A stretch of 64,000 nt of DNA, taken from contig CAXXFV010000023.1 in assembly GCA_963674595.2 (NCBI GenBank), positions 160,001 to 224,000 on the forward strand, read 5' to 3'. This document shows, piece after piece, positions 28,967 through 38,381 of this stretch (position 1 is the first letter of the stretch; each line of letters opens with the position of its first letter). This DNA is from a bacterium. GTDB taxonomy: Bacteria; Zhuqueibacterota; Zhuqueibacteria; Residuimicrobiales; Krinioviventaceae. Made by a program: the position numbers and the translations under genes. Under the pieces are notes generated by a model. The model did no database searches. It was not told the origin of the DNA and worked only from the letters and a program-made list of their open reading frames with translations.

Positions 28967-31900
28967 TTATGGCACGTTAGATGACGCACCGATCCGGGCA
29001 TTGTTATACCAATTGGTATAGTCTGTTGTTGTTACTTGACCATCAAAATTAATGTCGGTGGTCTGATACCCGGATGCACCAATTCGGGCATTGTTGTACC
29101 AGGTTGTATAATCCGAGGTGGTCACTTCACCGTCCTGGTTAATATCACCGGAAAACAGACCCCAAATGTCTGGCTTTAATAGCTTTGCAGAATTCGTGCC
29201 ATAGTAGTATGAACTGTCTGCTGTAAAATTAAACAACGTTGAGCTTGTTTCACTTAGGGAAAGTGTTGGTCTGCTCATTATTTTTAAATGATTGCGGCTT
29301 TTAATAACCAAATAATAGTCTCCGGCCGGTGCATTCAGCGCCACCTGACCGGTGACACCATCATCTGCAACAATTCTGCCGTCTTTATTCAAAAAGGCGC
29401 TTTTACAAAGTACGGAATCTCCTGTATCTGTTTCTCTTAATTGCAGCAATATCCAGTCTGTTACGTTTGCCGGGACCGAATTGATCGTTCGAGCGTCATC
29501 TGCAAAAGGCGAGGTGGCTGGTAAATCGCTTGCGTTTAATGTGGTTGTCATTGTGTCGGAGTCAGTGTCAAAAGGCCCCTGAAGGAAAAGTTTTGCTTCC
29601 AGTAACACACCGTTTTGCGTTACAACCGGCCTCAGCCGCAGATCATAGGAGGACAAAATAGCCCAACTCCCGCTTGTATAGATAAACGAACGATTTGTGG
29701 CATCTCCGTTATCATTGCGCAGAAATATATTATCACCCGGGTTTGTAAGTTCTATAACGGCATAATAATCAGTTCCCTGTTGGACCCGAGCATAAGAGTC
29801 GGCCATATCCGCATAATTCCAACTGTACTTTAAAATGTCAGAATATGGAAAATTAACAGTGTTGCCGATTTTTGTTCCCGGAGCACCGCTTCCGTTATCG
29901 GACCAAATTTCACATTTAAGCGCACCGGTTAAACTGACGGTTGTTGAAGGATGAAATAACAGGCCGTTGACAAAACCGTTCATTGCAGGCGTAAATTTGA
30001 CAGCCAGTTTGTTGGTGCCGGTCAGTTGTATATAGCTGGATCCGTTCCATGAGTCGTAACTGCAAATTTCTCTGTCGACATCGTATCCTAAACCGGAATT
30101 GTTACAAACTGCTTTATATATGTCCATTTTGCCATTACCCCAGCTCGAATTCCATACACTGCCCGTATATCCATCGGTTTTCGCACCGTTCGCCAGTAAT
30201 GTTTTGGTTTCTGTCGGCGTCAGGGTATTGTCCTGCTGTAATAAAAGTGCAATTGCTCCGGTTACAACCGGTGAGGACATACTCGTTCCCTGTCTTAAAA
30301 TATGTTTTTTCCCTTCTACAATAAGAGCTGTGTCGGAACTTGAAAATACATTTGGAATGTCCATTGACAGGCATGAAATAATCCCTTGTCCGGGTGCGGT
30401 TATGTCCGGTTTTTGAGCATCTGTTCGGGTTGGTCCGATGCTGCTGAAGGAGGAAATATCATCGGAATAATTTGTTCCTGTATAGGAATACCCAGCGACA
30501 TAATAGGGTGACCATCTCCAACGGTGTACATAGGAAGCAACAATAACCGCTTCATCGGCTGTATTGCTCAATGTGTAATCTGTATTGCCGCCTGCTACGG
30601 ATACAGTTGAAGTAGTCGGATGCCCGATGTTGTAATCATATAACCAGCCGTGAAATGAAGCGGAACTGCCTGTGTTGTTTGTTAAACGTAATGTCCATGT
30701 TCCCGGTATCGGCGTTTTTGTCGAATCGTCATCGAAAATATACATCTCTATTTCTCTGTCGCTGTTGCCGACATATTGTTTATTGTTTATATAAATGGCG
30801 CCATCATCGGTATAGCCGATTCCGGAGGTTTCAATCGTTCTAGTGCTTGTATAGGCGTTGGGTGAGGTTACCCTGGCTGTTATATTTGGATTATTGTCAA
30901 ACCAGAGGTCAAATCCAATATCATCATTTCCCGAAATCAAGTCCGTTGAATAGGATGGAACTGAAAATGTTATGTCTGTATAACTCAGGGCTGGGACCGT
31001 CCCTGACACATGAATGCTGTTGCTGCCTGCATTACCGGCAGAAGCGGCAACAATAACGCCTGCTCCGGAAACATAGTCAATACCAACACTTTTACTGTCA
31101 GTTCCATCGTGAGGACCGCCGTAACTGCCCAAACTTATATTGACGACAAGAGGTTTGCCGGCTGCGGTCGCTTTTTGTTTTGCCCAGGTCAATCCGTTGA
31201 CAATATTTGTTGTTGAAAAGGAATAGTTACCCGCTTTAACGACCAGAATGTCTGCCTGTGGAGCCATACCGGCATATTTATTATCCCCAAAAGAGGCGCC
31301 GTTACCTGCGGCTGTACCGGCTACATGGGTGCCGTGACCATTATAGTCTTTTTCACGCACAAACCCTGCCGGTGAACCATCAATTTCATCCTCTATATGT
31401 GCCTGGGTATATTCAACGCCTGTTGAATATCCGCTGGGCGGACTTTCACCATCTTCGGGTACCGCTGTTATTGTTTGGTCCCAAATATATAAAATTCTGC
31501 TTTGTGTTGTATCACCGGGCTGACGAAAATCAAGATGACTCCAGTCAATCCCGCTGTCAATAATACACACGATGACATCCTGTCCATAATAATTGGTACT
31601 GTTGACAACACCGGAATGCAGCACATCTGCTCCAATAACGCCGGCTGCGACATCGTTCATTTCATAATTGATTTCACCCGGATCGATATATGATATTGTT
31701 TCCAACTGGGCCAGTTCAGAGATTTCCTGTTCTGTTACCTGGGCCGTTACAAAACCAGGCATAACCGCATTGACTTTAATATTTCGATTCCTTAATGACT
31801 GCACATCATCTGTGTGAATGATTACGCTGTATTCTTTAATGCCGTCCTGCCGAACAGTTGTTACTGTTTTTAGTTTTCGGGATTTTGGAGATAAAAATAA

Positions 31901-32029
31901 AGAAGGTGCTTTTTGGGCTGTTTTATCCCGAAGGTTATCCGGAAGGCTTTCTATAAAATTTTTATGTGCCGGTTTGGAATACACAGTACTGAAAAGAAAA
32001 ATAAAAAATAAAAAAGTATGACGATTCAT
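28967..32029 (-). CDS. Secreted subtilisin-like S8 serine protease with inserted domain and C-terminal dockerin-containing module
   Basis: Catalytic IIDSG, GHGTHVAG, AGNAG and GTSMSSP, with a large insert before the Ser motif. C-terminal KLFLQGPF..DWILLQLR..KSRNHL..GDINQDG..DINFDG. Confidence 0.9.
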   Translation of the reverse strand: MNRHTFLFFIFLFSTVYSKPAHKNFIESLPDNLRDKTAQKAPSLFLSPKSRKLKTVTTVRQDGIKEYSVIIHTDDVQSLRNRNIKVNAVMPGFVTAQVTEQEISELAQLETISYIDPGEINYEMNDVAAGVIGADVLHSGVVNSTNYYGQDVIVCIIDSGIDWSHLDFRQPGDTTQSRILYIWDQTITAVPEDGESPPSGYSTGVEYTQAHIEDEIDGSPAGFVREKDYNGHGTHVAGTAAGNGASFGDNKYAGMAPQADILVVKAGNYSFSTTNIVNGLTWAKQKATAAGKPLVVNISLGSYGGPHDGTDSKSVGIDYVSGAGVIVAASAGNAGSNSIHVSGTVPALSYTDITFSVPSYSTDLISGNDDIGFDLWFDNNPNITARVTSPNAYTSTRTIETSGIGYTDDGAIYINNKQYVGNSDREIEMYIFDDDSTKTPIPGTWTLRLTNNTGSSASFHGWLYDYNIGHPTTSTVSVAGGNTDYTLSNTADEAVIVASYVHRWRWSPYYVAGYSYTGTNYSDDISSFSSIGPTRTDAQKPDITAPGQGIISCLSMDIPNVFSSSDTALIVEGKKHILRQGTSMSSPVVTGAIALLLQQDNTLTPTETKTLLANGAKTDGYTGSVWNSSWGNGKMDIYKAVCNNSGLGYDVDREICSYDSWNGSSYIQLTGTNKLAVKFTPAMNGFVNGLLFHPSTTVSLTGALKCEIWSDNGSGAPGTKIGNTVNFPYSDILKYSWNYADMADSYARVQQGTDYYAVIELTNPGDNIFLRNDNGDATNRSFIYTSGSWAILSSYDLRLRPVVTQNGVLLEAKLFLQGPFDTDSDTMTTTLNASDLPATSPFADDARTINSVPANVTDWILLQLRETDTGDSVLCKSAFLNKDGRIVADDGVTGQVALNAPAGDYYLVIKSRNHLKIMSRPTLSLSETSSTLFNFTADSSYYYGTNSAKLLKPDIWGLFSGDINQDGEVTTSDYTTWYNNARIGASGYQTTDINFDGQVTTTDYTNWYNNARIGASSNVP
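28970..29149 (-). repeat. Dockerin-like duplicated Ca-binding loop-helix repeat (S8 protease)
   Basis: GDINQDGEVTTSDYTTWYNNARIGASG / TDINFDGQVTTTDYTNWYNNARIGASS. Confidence 0.8.
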
Positions 32030-32072
32030 TCGTATCTCGATTTTTTAAATTATATATACCTTATCTTTATTA

Positions 32073-32099
32073 TTATCGGCCTAAATTTGAATAACTAAA
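32073..32099 (-). promoter_or_regulatory. Possible sigma28-type promoter of the S8 protease
   Basis: Minus strand TTTA-N15-GCCGATAA (perfect -10, imperfect -35 versus TAAA). Confidence 0.45.
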
Positions 32100-32136
32100 G
32101 CTGTTTATCATTTTTTTTGCTTTTTTTAATTAAAAT

Positions 32137-33111
32137 TTATGGAATGTTTGAACTTGCCCCGATGCGGGCATTGTTATACCAGATTGTATAGTCACTTGTC
32201 GTTACCTGACCATCCATATTGATGTCTGTGTCAAGAAATCCGGATCCTCCGATGCGTGCACTGTTATACCAGAGTGTATAGTCTTCTGTTGTTATTTCAC
32301 CATCCCGGTTTACATCTCCTGCCCAGACTGCCCACACGTCGGTTTCCATTTCTTTTGTTGAGCCTGACCCAAAAGAAGCATCAGCACTAATCGTAAAGTT
32401 CCACAAAGAAGAGCTGTCTTTTTTTAAATTTAATAAACCTACACTCATCACGGCTGTATGATTTCGTGATTTAACAATAATATAATAATTACCGGTGTTT
32501 ACCAGGGGCATACCAAGCGACGCTGTAGAACCATCCGGTTCCACAATAATACCATCCTTTCCAAGTAAAAAAGATTGTTGTGCAACAATAACACCCTCTG
32601 ACGTACGCAGCATGACAAGCACCCAGTCTACAATATTTTCTGGTATATAAGAAACAGTTCTTGGTGCTTCGGTAAATGGTGATGACAGGGGTATTAAACC
32701 GGAGTCATTGAGGAATGTGCTCATACTGTCACCGGCTACATCGTATCCGCATTGTAAAAATACTTTGGCCGCTGTCAAAACAAAGGTAACATCGCCGACA
32801 ATTTCAGAAATTTCTGATTTATTGCCCCAGGAATCAACAACAACGACCAGATAATATACGTGAACATTTGGATCATCAAACAAAGGTTCGTTATATTGAA
32901 AGCTCGTTTCTGTTGTTGCCACAAGAAAATTTTCGTCAGTGGGTGTAAAACCGGGAAATGTGCTATAGTGAACATTATAAAAAAAAGGTGTTTCTATCGG
33001 ATCACCGTCTGTATTTAACGTAACAGGGTCCCAGGAAATGGTTACGGTAGCAGCCATGGTATTATAAACTTGCAAAAACAGGAAAAAGAAAAATATTTTC
33101 AAGATCTTCAA
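32137..33111 (-). CDS. Secreted FN3-like protein with the same C-terminal dockerin-containing module
   Basis: Signal peptide; VTISWDPV..YNVHYS..YYLVVVVDSWGNKS (FN3-like); KVFLQCGY..DWVLVMLR..KSRNHTAVMS..GDVNRDG..DINMDG. Confidence 0.8.
   Translation of the reverse strand: MKILKIFFFFLFLQVYNTMAATVTISWDPVTLNTDGDPIETPFFYNVHYSTFPGFTPTDENFLVATTETSFQYNEPLFDDPNVHVYYLVVVVDSWGNKSEISEIVGDVTFVLTAAKVFLQCGYDVAGDSMSTFLNDSGLIPLSSPFTEAPRTVSYIPENIVDWVLVMLRTSEGVIVAQQSFLLGKDGIIVEPDGSTASLGMPLVNTGNYYIIVKSRNHTAVMSVGLLNLKKDSSSLWNFTISADASFGSGSTKEMETDVWAVWAGDVNRDGEITTEDYTLWYNSARIGGSGFLDTDINMDGQVTTSDYTIWYNNARIGASSNIP
32140..32319 (-). repeat. Dockerin-like duplicated repeat (FN3 protein)
   Basis: GDVNRDGEITTEDYTLWYNSARIGGSG / TDINMDGQVTTSDYTIWYNNARIGASS. 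Confidence 0.8.
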
Positions 33112-33153
33112 GATAAATTTTTACTCCATTAATTAATTGGTTTTTGTAGAGCA

Positions 33154-33169
33154 TGCAAATTAAATACCA
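33154..33169 (-). promoter_or_regulatory. Sigma54 (-24/-12) promoter
   Basis: Minus strand TGGTAT-TTAAT-TTGCA (GG-N10-GC), about 43 nt upstream of the 33111 start. Confidence 0.6.
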
Positions 33170-33366
33170 TTCTTTTAAAATCAAACATATATTTTTGGGC
33201 TGTCGTTAATTTTTGTGCTGTTTTACAAGAGTTTGTGTTGATGTGTACGTTTTTTCTCTCATAAAGCTATATTTTAAATCAGGTCGTTTTAGAGTGATAC
33301 AAACGATGTAACAAAATATTTCATTCATGTAATTCACCTAAAAATCCTTGATATTGGAAAGAAATT

Positions 33367-35097
33367 GTGTTAATTTTCAAGTCATTCAAACATTTTCAGG
33401 AGACTCAAATATATAAATTTTCTGCAAATATTGTTGTAACGGCGGTCACATTTATTTTGTTGTTGTCTTGTGCACGTCAGGGTTTTCCTCCCGGTGGACC
33501 TGTTGACAAAACTCCGCCATCAATAGTTTACACAATTCCGGCAACGGATTCTCTTAATGTACCGGTTGACACTTTTGTTGAAATTGGTTTTAGTGAAGCT
33601 GTGGAGCCCTATTCTGCAGAGGCTTCATTGTTCATTACACCATATCCGGGTGATAATGTTGAGAAAAAGTGGAAAAAGGATCGTTTAAAAATATTATTTC
33701 AGGACAGTCTGCTAGATAACCGAACGTATGTTATTACCGTCGGTACCGGAACAAAAGACCTGCGAAATAATGCCATGAAAGAATCCTTTTCACTGGCTTT
33801 TTCTACCGGTGCCGTTTTGGACAAGGGAGAAATATCCGGATGTGTTTTTGGGGATGATAAAATCAAAGGCACCCAAATTTGGGCCTATGATCTTTTAGAA
33901 ACGCCTGAACCAAACCCGGTAGAGGTTAAACCGCTTTACATCACCCAGGCCGGTGATGACGGCAAATTTCAATTTATACATCTTGCTGAAGGAAAATATA
34001 GATTGTTTGCTGTTAATGATCGTGACATGAACAAACGATATACTCCCCAATATGATATGCTGGGAGTAACTTTTAAAGATATCAGTTTAACAGCAGATGC
34101 TAATTCAGCAGAAAATATTGTTTTTAAAGTATCGCTGCGTGATACACTACCGCCGTTTATTTATTCGGCTTATGCTCTTGATAATCATCATTTTAGTTTA
34201 CGGTATTCTGAAAAAATGGTGAGTGATAGCCTGGACCGCGTGGATAATTATACGTTTTTATCAGAAACAGGTGATACGTTGGAGATTGCCGATGTATTTC
34301 AGGATTACCGGAATGCCGGGGTTTGGCATTTTACAATGAGAGATTCTCTGTTAGATGAAAAATACACTATCCGTGTAAAACATGCTTATGATATGGCGTT
34401 TCATACCATGCATCAGGATTCAAGTTTAAAAACTTTTACCGGAACCTCAAAACCGGATACAACCGGACCACAATATATTGCTATGGTGCCGTCTGATAGT
34501 TCGTCACTTATTTATCCGGACAGCTCTTTTCAGTTTTATTTTTCCGAACCGTTGGATAAAAATTTAATAGAAAACAGTATCATTTGTGCCGATACATTGG
34601 GTGATACCTTGTCTGCAAAAATTACATGGATTAACGGTGCCGGTTTTGTTTTTGATCCGGATTCTTTAAAACCGAAAACATATTATCAAATTACAATTCC
34701 GGTGGATTCTGTTAAAGACATTTTTGGCAACGTTACATCTGATACACTTTTTTTGAAAAGATTTACAACTCTTGATCCGGATACCCTCACTGAAATTTCC
34801 GGTAAAATATCGGATGCAGATACATCTGCATCAGGCCCGTTTTATATGCAAGTCGTATCAACAACCAGTAACAAATACAATATTGTTCTTGTTAAAGATG
34901 GCGATTATCGATTTAATAATATTTTGCCCGGTATTTATACAATAAATTATTTTCGGGATGAAAATAAAGATGGCAAATATAACTGGGGTAATGCTTTCCC
35001 GTTTAGTCCGGCAGAACGTTTTTGGTTTAATGCCGATTCAATCAAGGTCCGTTCACGATGGCCGAATGAAGAAAATGACCTTGTATTACCAAAATAA
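33367..35097 (+). CDS. Lipoprotein with bacterial Ig-like (Big_5-type) domains
   Basis: Lipobox LLLSC followed by ARQGFPPGGPVDKTPP and repeated DT.PP..F.FSE Ig motifs. Exact start is uncertain. Confidence 0.75.
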   Translation: MLIFKSFKHFQETQIYKFSANIVVTAVTFILLLSCARQGFPPGGPVDKTPPSIVYTIPATDSLNVPVDTFVEIGFSEAVEPYSAEASLFITPYPGDNVEKKWKKDRLKILFQDSLLDNRTYVITVGTGTKDLRNNAMKESFSLAFSTGAVLDKGEISGCVFGDDKIKGTQIWAYDLLETPEPNPVEVKPLYITQAGDDGKFQFIHLAEGKYRLFAVNDRDMNKRYTPQYDMLGVTFKDISLTADANSAENIVFKVSLRDTLPPFIYSAYALDNHHFSLRYSEKMVSDSLDRVDNYTFLSETGDTLEIADVFQDYRNAGVWHFTMRDSLLDEKYTIRVKHAYDMAFHTMHQDSSLKTFTGTSKPDTTGPQYIAMVPSDSSSLIYPDSSFQFYFSEPLDKNLIENSIICADTLGDTLSAKITWINGAGFVFDPDSLKPKTYYQITIPVDSVKDIFGNVTSDTLFLKRFTTLDPDTLTEISGKISDADTSASGPFYMQVVSTTSNKYNIVLVKDGDYRFNNILPGIYTINYFRDENKDGKYNWGNAFPFSPAERFWFNADSIKVRSRWPNEENDLVLPK

Positions 35098-35149
35098 TTA
35101 ATAACTCGTTAAAAATTGATAAATATAAAAGTGAATACTGGAAAAGTTT

Positions 35150-36391
35150 ATGATACCTTTTTCTTACAAAGACAAAAATTTATTCTGTGAAGATACAAAC
35201 CTGACTGAAATAGCCGAACAGTTTGGAACGCCGACTTATGTTTATAGTAAAAAAAGTTTGCTTGAAAATTTTTCAAAAATTGATAAAGCTTTTGGCGACT
35301 ATCCGCATAAAATATGCTTTGCACTAAAATCCAATTCAAACAACCGCATTTTAGAGCTGTTGGCGGAACAGGGCGCCGGTGCCGACGTTGTTTCCGGTGG
35401 TGAGCTTGCTTTGGCCCTTAAAGCAGGTTTTCCTGCCGAACGTATTGTTTATGCCAGCGTTGGGAAAACAGATAAAGAAATTGAATTTGCCATAAAGAAT
35501 GATATTCTTGCGTTGAATGTGGAATCCTGTCAGGAATTACAGGTAGTGAATCAAATAGCCGAATCTATGAATAAAAAAGCGTCGGTTTCCATTCGTATCA
35601 ATCCGGATGTTGATATTGAAGGTCATCCCTATATTACCACCGGAACATCGGCAAACAAGTTTGGTATTCAACTTGGTGAGGCTGAATCCTGTATGGAATG
35701 GGCCTCAAAACAGCCGCATATAAATCTTGTTGGGATTCATTGCCATATCGGTTCTTTAATCGACAAACTGGATGCTTATATAAAAAGTGCTGAAATTTTG
35801 GTGGATTTTGTTCTCAAACTCCGAAAACAGGACGGAATAACGTTAAACCATATTGATATTGGTGGTGGTTTGGGGATTGATTATCATAAGGTATTGGCAG
35901 AACATGGTGATCCGTTTACAATTGATCCGAAAAATTTGGCCCAAAGTGTAATTCCGTTGGTTAAGGAAACCGGTTGTGAGCTTTTGTTTGAACCGGGACG
36001 GTCTGTTATTGGTCCGGGTGGGGCGTTGTTGACCCGGGTTTTATATACCAAAGAAACAAAAGGAAAACGATTTATTATTGTAGATGCCGGTATGAGTGAT
36101 TTAATCAGACCGTCATTATATGGAGCTTTTCATGAAATTTTGCCGGTTATTCCGGCTGAAAATGATACATTGACGGCTGATATAGTCGGCCCTATCTGTG
36201 AATCCGGGGATTTTTTAGGAAAAAACAGACAGTTGCCCAATGTTAAGCGCGGTGATTTGTTGGCAGTTATGACGGCCGGCGCCTATGGGTATACATTGGC
36301 CAATAATTATAATACGAGAGGCAAGCCAGCCGAAGTTTTAGTCGATGGCAATGCGGCAGATAATATTCGTGAACGGGAGATAATGATTTAA
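35150..36391 (+). CDS. lysA: Diaminopimelate decarboxylase
   Basis: GTPTYVY, FALKSN, DVVSGGEL, HCHIGS, DIGGGLG, EPGR, GPICESGD, GAYG. Confidence 0.95.
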   Translation: MIPFSYKDKNLFCEDTNLTEIAEQFGTPTYVYSKKSLLENFSKIDKAFGDYPHKICFALKSNSNNRILELLAEQGAGADVVSGGELALALKAGFPAERIVYASVGKTDKEIEFAIKNDILALNVESCQELQVVNQIAESMNKKASVSIRINPDVDIEGHPYITTGTSANKFGIQLGEAESCMEWASKQPHINLVGIHCHIGSLIDKLDAYIKSAEILVDFVLKLRKQDGITLNHIDIGGGLGIDYHKVLAEHGDPFTIDPKNLAQSVIPLVKETGCELLFEPGRSVIGPGGALLTRVLYTKETKGKRFIIVDAGMSDLIRPSLYGAFHEILPVIPAENDTLTADIVGPICESGDFLGKNRQLPNVKRGDLLAVMTAGAYGYTLANNYNTRGKPAEVLVDGNAADNIREREIMI

Positions 36392-36406
36392 ATAGTTAGG
36401 TGAGAA

Positions 36407-36760
36407 TTATTCCTCATCAAACATGGATACAACATTTCCACTTTCAACATTATTTGTCGAATTTGTTTTTGAATCTGTTTCTTCAATTAATGTTTCATCT
36501 GTTTCTTCCTGCGGTACTTTGATCCGTTCGATTCGGACAGGATTGCCGCCCATTGTAAAGTCGGCACCCCGAATTTGTTGTTCGTCAAGAATCCAGGTTA
36601 TTTTTTTCAGTGGGATTGTGAGGGTTAAAAAGGACATTTGCCACCATCCTTTTTTATGGTCAGGGCTGATGTCTTCAACTCTTATAAAAAAGGCTGGTGT
36701 GTTTTGAAAATGTACAAGGAGAACTTCTCCTGCTGTAAATGCTTTGCTGGAATCTGACAT
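36407..36760 (-). CDS. Hypothetical protein
   Basis: Compact 117-aa ORF with a GAGG RBS, filling the intergenic space, with an acidic tail. Confidence 0.7.
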   Translation of the reverse strand: MSDSSKAFTAGEVLLVHFQNTPAFFIRVEDISPDHKKGWWQMSFLTLTIPLKKITWILDEQQIRGADFTMGGNPVRIERIKVPQEETDETLIEETDSKTNSTNNVESGNVVSMFDEE

Positions 36761-36794
36761 GGAAAATATTACCTCAATTAATTATAAATATATA

Positions 36795-38183
36795 TTATTC
36801 AATTCTTAAAAATTCAATACGTCTGTTTTGTGCCCGACCTTGTTCTGTTCCATTGTTTGCAATGGGGTTTTGGGGACCGTATCCAACCGCTTTAATTCGG
36901 TAGCTGTCGATTCCCATGGAAATTAAATAGCTTCGTACTGAATTGGCCCGATCCTGTGAGAGTTTTTGATTGAGTCCGGCACTGCCCGTGTTGTCCGTGT
37001 AACCCTGAATTTCAATTTCAACTTCCGGATTGGCATCCAAAGACTCGTAAACCTCATCAAGTATAATATAGGATTCTTTGGTGATTTCCGCGCTTCCGGT
37101 TTCAAAATTTACGCCCTGCAGCACAATCCTGCCGCCTTTTTCAACAATAGGGGGGGGGACCTCATCGGGACATCCGTCATCATCCCGGTATCCATTAAAA
37201 GTTTCCATTTCAGTTGGGCATAAATCCGAAATATCGGGAATTTGATCTCCATCATTATCATTATCCGGAATACCATCTTCGTCCTGGAAACCATCCAAAT
37301 CCTCAGGGTCGTTAGGTGCACCGTCATAAATGTCCAGGATACCGTCCCAATCATTATCCGGTTCCGGAATGCCGTCATTGTCTTCAAAGCCGTCCATGTC
37401 TTCTGCTATTAAAGGCGCGGCATCTGTAGAGTCCGGAATGCCATCATTATCGTTATCATAGTCCGGGGCGCCGTCCATATCCTGAAAACCGTCCATATCT
37501 TCTGGCAATTTTGGGGCAATATCGATTTTGTCCGGAATGCCATCGTGGTCGCTGTCTTTATTGCGATGAAAATAAAAAGTTCCGTTAATACCAAACTGAA
37601 GGATTTTGTCATTCACATCATTGGTGCCGATATTGTCTGCTTTTTGGTCTAAAATTAACATGAATTTAAATTGAGGTGAAAGATAAAAAGATTCGTTGAC
37701 GGCCCAGTCAATTCCTAATCCGGTATTTAAAATTGTATTGTAGGTTTTCCCTGCATTGATAGAGTTACCATTAGATTTATTTTGAAGGTCCCAAATAAGC
37801 AATCCGGCGCCTGCGAAAACAAATGGATTTAAGGTTTTGTCATTCAATAATTTTGCTTTTAAATATATAATATTGGACATTAAGGATGTTTTATAGGGTA
37901 ATAATGGATTGGAACCGAATAGAGAATTTTCCTTTTTAGGATGAACGGTTCCATAATTCCAGTTATATCCTATGGCATATTTTTGAGAAAAATCATAAAG
38001 AAAATTTATTCCACCACTGCCGTTAATGTTGGAATCACCCTTTTCTCCTCCAATTAAACGGATTGTTGAAAATTCTGCACCAATTCCATATTTTTGTGAA
38101 TATGGTTGACCCTGTAACGTATTGATATTAATTGTTAATGAGAGAAAAAGTAGTAAAAGTAATATCACTTTCAGAATCCGCAT
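36795..38183 (-). CDS. OmpA family protein (beta-barrel, thrombospondin type-3 Ca-binding repeats, OmpA_C)
   Basis: Signal peptide and barrel, repeated DxDxDGIPD / PEDxDGFxDxDG units, then VNFETGSA..GYTDNTG..LSQDRA..NRRIEF. Confidence 0.92.
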   Translation of the reverse strand: MRILKVILLLLLFLSLTININTLQGQPYSQKYGIGAEFSTIRLIGGEKGDSNINGSGGINFLYDFSQKYAIGYNWNYGTVHPKKENSLFGSNPLLPYKTSLMSNIIYLKAKLLNDKTLNPFVFAGAGLLIWDLQNKSNGNSINAGKTYNTILNTGLGIDWAVNESFYLSPQFKFMLILDQKADNIGTNDVNDKILQFGINGTFYFHRNKDSDHDGIPDKIDIAPKLPEDMDGFQDMDGAPDYDNDNDGIPDSTDAAPLIAEDMDGFEDNDGIPEPDNDWDGILDIYDGAPNDPEDLDGFQDEDGIPDNDNDGDQIPDISDLCPTEMETFNGYRDDDGCPDEVPPPIVEKGGRIVLQGVNFETGSAEITKESYIILDEVYESLDANPEVEIEIQGYTDNTGSAGLNQKLSQDRANSVRSYLISMGIDSYRIKAVGYGPQNPIANNGTEQGRAQNRRIEFLRIE

Positions 38184-38238
38184 AATTTAACCTATAAAGA
38201 AAAGTTGTAATTGAAATAGTAATGATATGTATTTTTTA

Positions 38239-38267
38239 ATTTTAACCATTCTGAATGAAATTGTCAA
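38239..38267 (-). promoter_or_regulatory. Sigma70 promoter of the ompA-family gene
   Basis: Minus strand TTGACA-N17-TAAAAT. Confidence 0.75.
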
Positions 38268-38293
38268 GACCTTTTCAAATAATAAAAAACACC

Positions 38294-38322
38294 TTGCATC
38301 TATTCCACTTTATTTTTAAACT
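38294..38322 (+). promoter_or_regulatory. Sigma70-type promoter of pyrRBC
   Basis: TTGCAT-N17-TAAACT. Confidence 0.6.
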
Positions 38323-38347
38323 TGTAGTTAGAAAATAATTTCATCGT

Positions 38348-38381
38348 TGCCTTCCTGTAGTTTTGTGGAGGGTATTTTTTT
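38348..38381 (+). terminator. Attenuator-like terminator in the pyrR leader
   Basis: TGCCTTCC/GGAGGGTA stem (2 G-U pairs) followed by T7, between the promoter and pyrR. Confidence 0.55.

Noticed and set aside
26870-33111. Diversity-generating retroelement (Avd-like four-helix protein near two similar 3' gene ends)
   Set aside because: No reverse transcriptase in the window. Both repeats are coding and differ mostly at wobble positions rather than specifically at adenines.
37160-37560. Regularly spaced repeats resembling a CRISPR array
   Set aside because: They are degenerate coding TSP3-type Asp-rich repeats inside the OmpA ORF. No identical repeats and no cas genes.
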